The notes under the pieces were generated by a model. It saw only the letters and a program-made list of their open reading frames with translations. It searched no databases and was not told the DNA's origin. From positions 70,866,001 to 70,930,000 of the forward strand of contig OX597830.1 of NCBI GenBank assembly GCA_951406725.2: a stretch of 64,000 nucleotides of DNA, given 5' to 3'. Within the stretch, counting starts at the first letter, position 1. Each line of letters opens with the position of its first letter. Below, piece by piece: positions 60,253 through 64,000 of this stretch. Source of the stretch: Octopus vulgaris (lineage: Eukaryota). The translations under genes and the position numbers were made by a program.

Positions 60253-60328
60253 CCGGGCTTCTTCCTTTGACGGCCCCAGGCTATAGTTATAGACACCTAC
60301 CCAAGGTGCCACAGAATGGGACTGAACC
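59930..60328 (-). mobile_element. SINE family A (diverged)
   Basis: Reverse-complement homology. Confidence 0.75.
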
Positions 60329-60481
60329 GAGATATGTATATATATATATATATATATATGAATATATATATATAATATATATATGCATATATATGTATGT
60401 ATATATATAATTATATATATATATATATATATAAATAATTATATATATATGTATATATATATATATATAAATAATTATATG

Positions 60482-60522
<41 letters not shown>

Positions 60523-60597
60523 GTACATATATGTATGTATATATGCATATGTTTTATTTATTATTTTGTTATATATATAATTATATATATATTTACG

Positions 60598-60658
<61 letters not shown>

Positions 60659-60836
60659 TATGAGGGTTGGTATTCAGATGTAATCTTTCCCTTCTGTCTA
60701 TCTATCTATCTGCTTGCCTTTGTCTATTCTCTATCTGTATCTGCATATTTGTATGTTTACATATATACATATATATATGTTTGCGCATATATAAATATAT
60801 ATATATATATATGTTTGCACACACACCAACATACAC

Positions 60837-60901
<65 letters not shown>

Positions 60902-61285
60902 TGCCTATGAGAGTTAATGGTGTCATTGAGACCCAAATGTTGGAGTTAATGTCGAATAAATGCTACAAACGATATGATTTTTAAAAATAATTAGCACTCT
61001 TGTTGCGATAAATACAGATTCAGAAATTAAATCTAAAATGTAATCTAAATTGTAATTCCATAACTACAATTCAATATATAATCTACATGTGTTCTGCTCA
61101 TTTTATTAATAATAACTGTTCTACTAGGAAGAATACGCAAGCAAAACACATTTGTAAATAACGTCGTAAATAAATTTTATGATTTAAATTAAACAAACGA
61201 TCACAAGCAAAATAAACACAATATCTTCGCACATATATATCCTTATAATAAGGGCCAGCTCAACAAGAACAGTAATAGTAACATA

Positions 61286-61788
61286 CCGTAAATCTTCGAG
61301 TATAGTTCGCCCTTGAGTATAATACGCAGGTGAATTTTAGGGGGCTGTACGTCTGAAAAACCTAAACCTTGTGTATAACTTGAATCAAGGAGGTCTATAT
61401 AATATCCTTGGTTTGTAAAAATGTATACGGTAACGTCTTTTATAATTATTGTATATATAACATAATGCAAACGTGTAGCTTTTTTGTGCATTTTGTTTGC
61501 AGAAAATAAAGAAATAACAGTAATAACAGTAATAACGTTTAATAAATGTTGCTTACTGCAAGTTATGGATGATTCTTTTATGACTTCATTGCTTTGAGGC
61601 TTAGCTTAAGGTATTTTCGCGCCCGACATCACAAAATGCGTCTGAATAAACATTGCCGGACAGCAAATAGAGACTCAGACATTGCTTAGAAAATAATTTT
61701 CATTTTTAACCTCGTATATAGTACGCACTAGGGATTTTGACCTTTAAATTTTGGGAAAAAAATGCGGATTATACTCGAGGATTTACGG
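61286..61788. mobile_element. Tc1/mariner-superfamily (Tc2/pogo-like) MITE
   Basis: TA|CCGTAAATCTTCGAGTATA ... TATACTCGAGGATTTACGG|TA. Confidence 0.8.
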
Positions 61789-62302
61789 TACTTATGTTTT
61801 GTTTTGTAGGAATGTAACTGAAATAATCTATTGTCGTTCTATAATAGTAATTGATGTTTAAGATGGCCTTAAGGTGTAATATCTTATACTTTTAAAAAAA
61901 TATTTTACTTGATTCAGTCATAAAACTGCAACCATGCTGGGTCACCATGGGGAAGTATTTTAGTTGAACGAAATGACGTTAGTACTTTCTTTTTAAGTCT
62001 AGTTTTTATTCTATCGGCTACTTTTGCTGAAACGTTATGTTACGGGGTCGTAAACATATCAACACCGGTTGCCAAGTGGTGGTAAGGGCTAAACACAGAC
62101 ACAAAGCCATATGCAAGCTCACACATACGCACACACACACAAACGCACACATATATATATATAGAAAGCCATCATACACAAGCATCGCTTGAAAAAGAAA
62201 AGTAAGACCTGTCACAAAAATGGCTTGTCGTAGCCTTCACTTCTGTGGGACTTTCGATGAGTCGATGAAGGTACTCGAACACGAGTCCGCAGCCATCATA
62301 TG

Positions 62303-62702
62303 TCTTTACTCTTTTACTCTGTCCCTTGTTTCAGTCATTTGACTGCGGCCATGATGGAGCACCGACTTTAGTCGAGCAAAGCTTTGTAAGCCTATACTTA
62401 TTCTATCGGTCTCTTTTGCCGAACCGCTATGTTACGGGGACGTAAACACACCAGCATCGGCGGTTGTCAAGCGATGTTGGGGGGACAAACACAGACACAC
62501 AAACATATACACACACATACATATATATATGCGTATATACGACGGGCTTCTTTCAGTTTCCGTCAACCAAATCCACTCACGCGGCTTTGGTTGGCTCGAG
62601 GCTATACTAGAAGACATTTGCCCAAGGTGCCACGCAGTTGCAATGAACCCGGAACCTTGTGGTTGGTAAGCAAGATACTTACCATACAGCCACTCCTGCA
62701 CC
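62303..62702 (-). mobile_element. SINE family A
   Basis: Full-length reverse-complement match; partial copies adjoin at 61905-62110 and 62715-62930. Confidence 0.9.
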
Positions 62703-63387
62703 TAAATATATGCGACGCGCTTCCTTCAGTTTCCGTCTACCACATCCACTTTGGTTCTTTGGTCAGCGCACGAATCTGTAGTTGAAGGTATTTGCTCACG
62801 GAGCCGCGCAGTGGAACTGAACCCGGAACCATGTGGGTTCAGTCCCTTTGCGTGGCACCTTGAGAAAGTGTTTTAAAGTATAAGCTTCATGCCGACCGAA
62901 GCTGTGTGATTGGATATGATAGACGGAAACTGTTGATGTTTAACCTCAAGTGAGGCATAAATTCCATTAGTGACCATCTCGTCTTATGATCTCGCATACT
63001 CCTGACTACACTAACCAATGTGAACGAAATTATAGCGATAGAAGCTGTATGAATACGATAAGGTAATCGTAATATCCAGCTAAAGGGTATTAAAACACAG
63101 CTTCCATTTTAACTTAGAGTTAAAGATTGGTTTCAGCTTCTGACACAAGGCCAACAATTTCGAGGAAGGAAATAAATTGATTACATCGACTCCAGTGCTC
63201 AACTGGTACTTTTTTCATCAATTCCAAATTCAAAGGGCAAAGTCAACCTCGGCTGAATTGGAGAGAAAGATTATTATATATGTGCTTGTATATAATCGTT
63301 CACACGTACTTACATATATACATTATTACGTGTGTGTGTATATATGTTTGTGTGTGTGTGTGATTATATGAAGTTATGAAAAAAAAA

Positions 63388-63666
63388 TGGCACTCCGTTA
63401 GTTATGACGACGAGAGTTCCAGTTGATCCGATCAACGGAACAGTTTGCTCGTGAAAATTCACGTGCAAGTGGCTGAACACTCCACAGACATACTCTCTTT
63501 ACTTGTTTCAGTTATGTGACTGCGCCTTTTAGTCGAGCAAATCGACACCAGGACTTATTCTATCGTTCTGTTTTGCCGAACCGCTAAGTTACGGGGACGT
63601 AAACACACCAGCATCGGTTGTCAAGCGATATTAGGTAGGGGGACAAACACAGACACACAAACATAT

Positions 63667-63718
<52 letters not shown>

Positions 63719-64000
63719 GACGGGCTTCTTTCAGTTTCCGTCTACCAAATCCACTCACAAGGCTTTGGTTGGCCCGAGGCTATAGTCGATGACACTTGCC
63801 CAAAGCGCCACGCTGTGGAACTGAACCCAGAACCATGTGGCTGGTAAGCAAGCTACTTACCACACAGCCACTCCTACGCTTATGTGTACCTTTAACGCAG
63901 ATCTCAGGGAGGTTCTGCGTGACACAGAATGTGACAAGGCTGGCCCTTTGAAATACAGGTACAACTCATTTTTGCCACCTGAGTGAACTGGAGCAACGTG
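63388..64000 (-). mobile_element. SINE family D with nested SINE A (63493-63880)
   Basis: D tail at 63388-63492 continues at 63883-64000; family A copy lies in between. Confidence 0.8.

Overview
This is AT-rich eukaryotic (metazoan) genomic DNA saturated with microsatellites, with one 100-N scaffold gap. The repeat complement looks like a coleoid cephalopod (octopus-like); this is an inference, not verified. No intact protein-coding gene can be supported, and nearly all ORFs in the track are translations of simple repeats. The window holds many tRNA-derived SINEs in three or four modular families, a non-autonomous Helitron, Tc1/mariner-pogo and hAT-like MITEs, and decayed mariner, Tigger/pogo, HERO-like (RLE-type) and CR1/Jockey-like fragments. 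Two patterns stand out. (1) Several short, mostly unrelated elements, often foldback and embedded in (TA)n, carry minimal type-I hammerhead ribozyme motifs with palindromic stem III, as known from Penelope-like elements. (2) One SINE family forms 184-bp head-less tandem multimers with the same junction at three independent loci, two of them enclosed by a single target-site duplication (TSD). A weak set of possible minus-strand exons lies at 6.5-8.4 kb.
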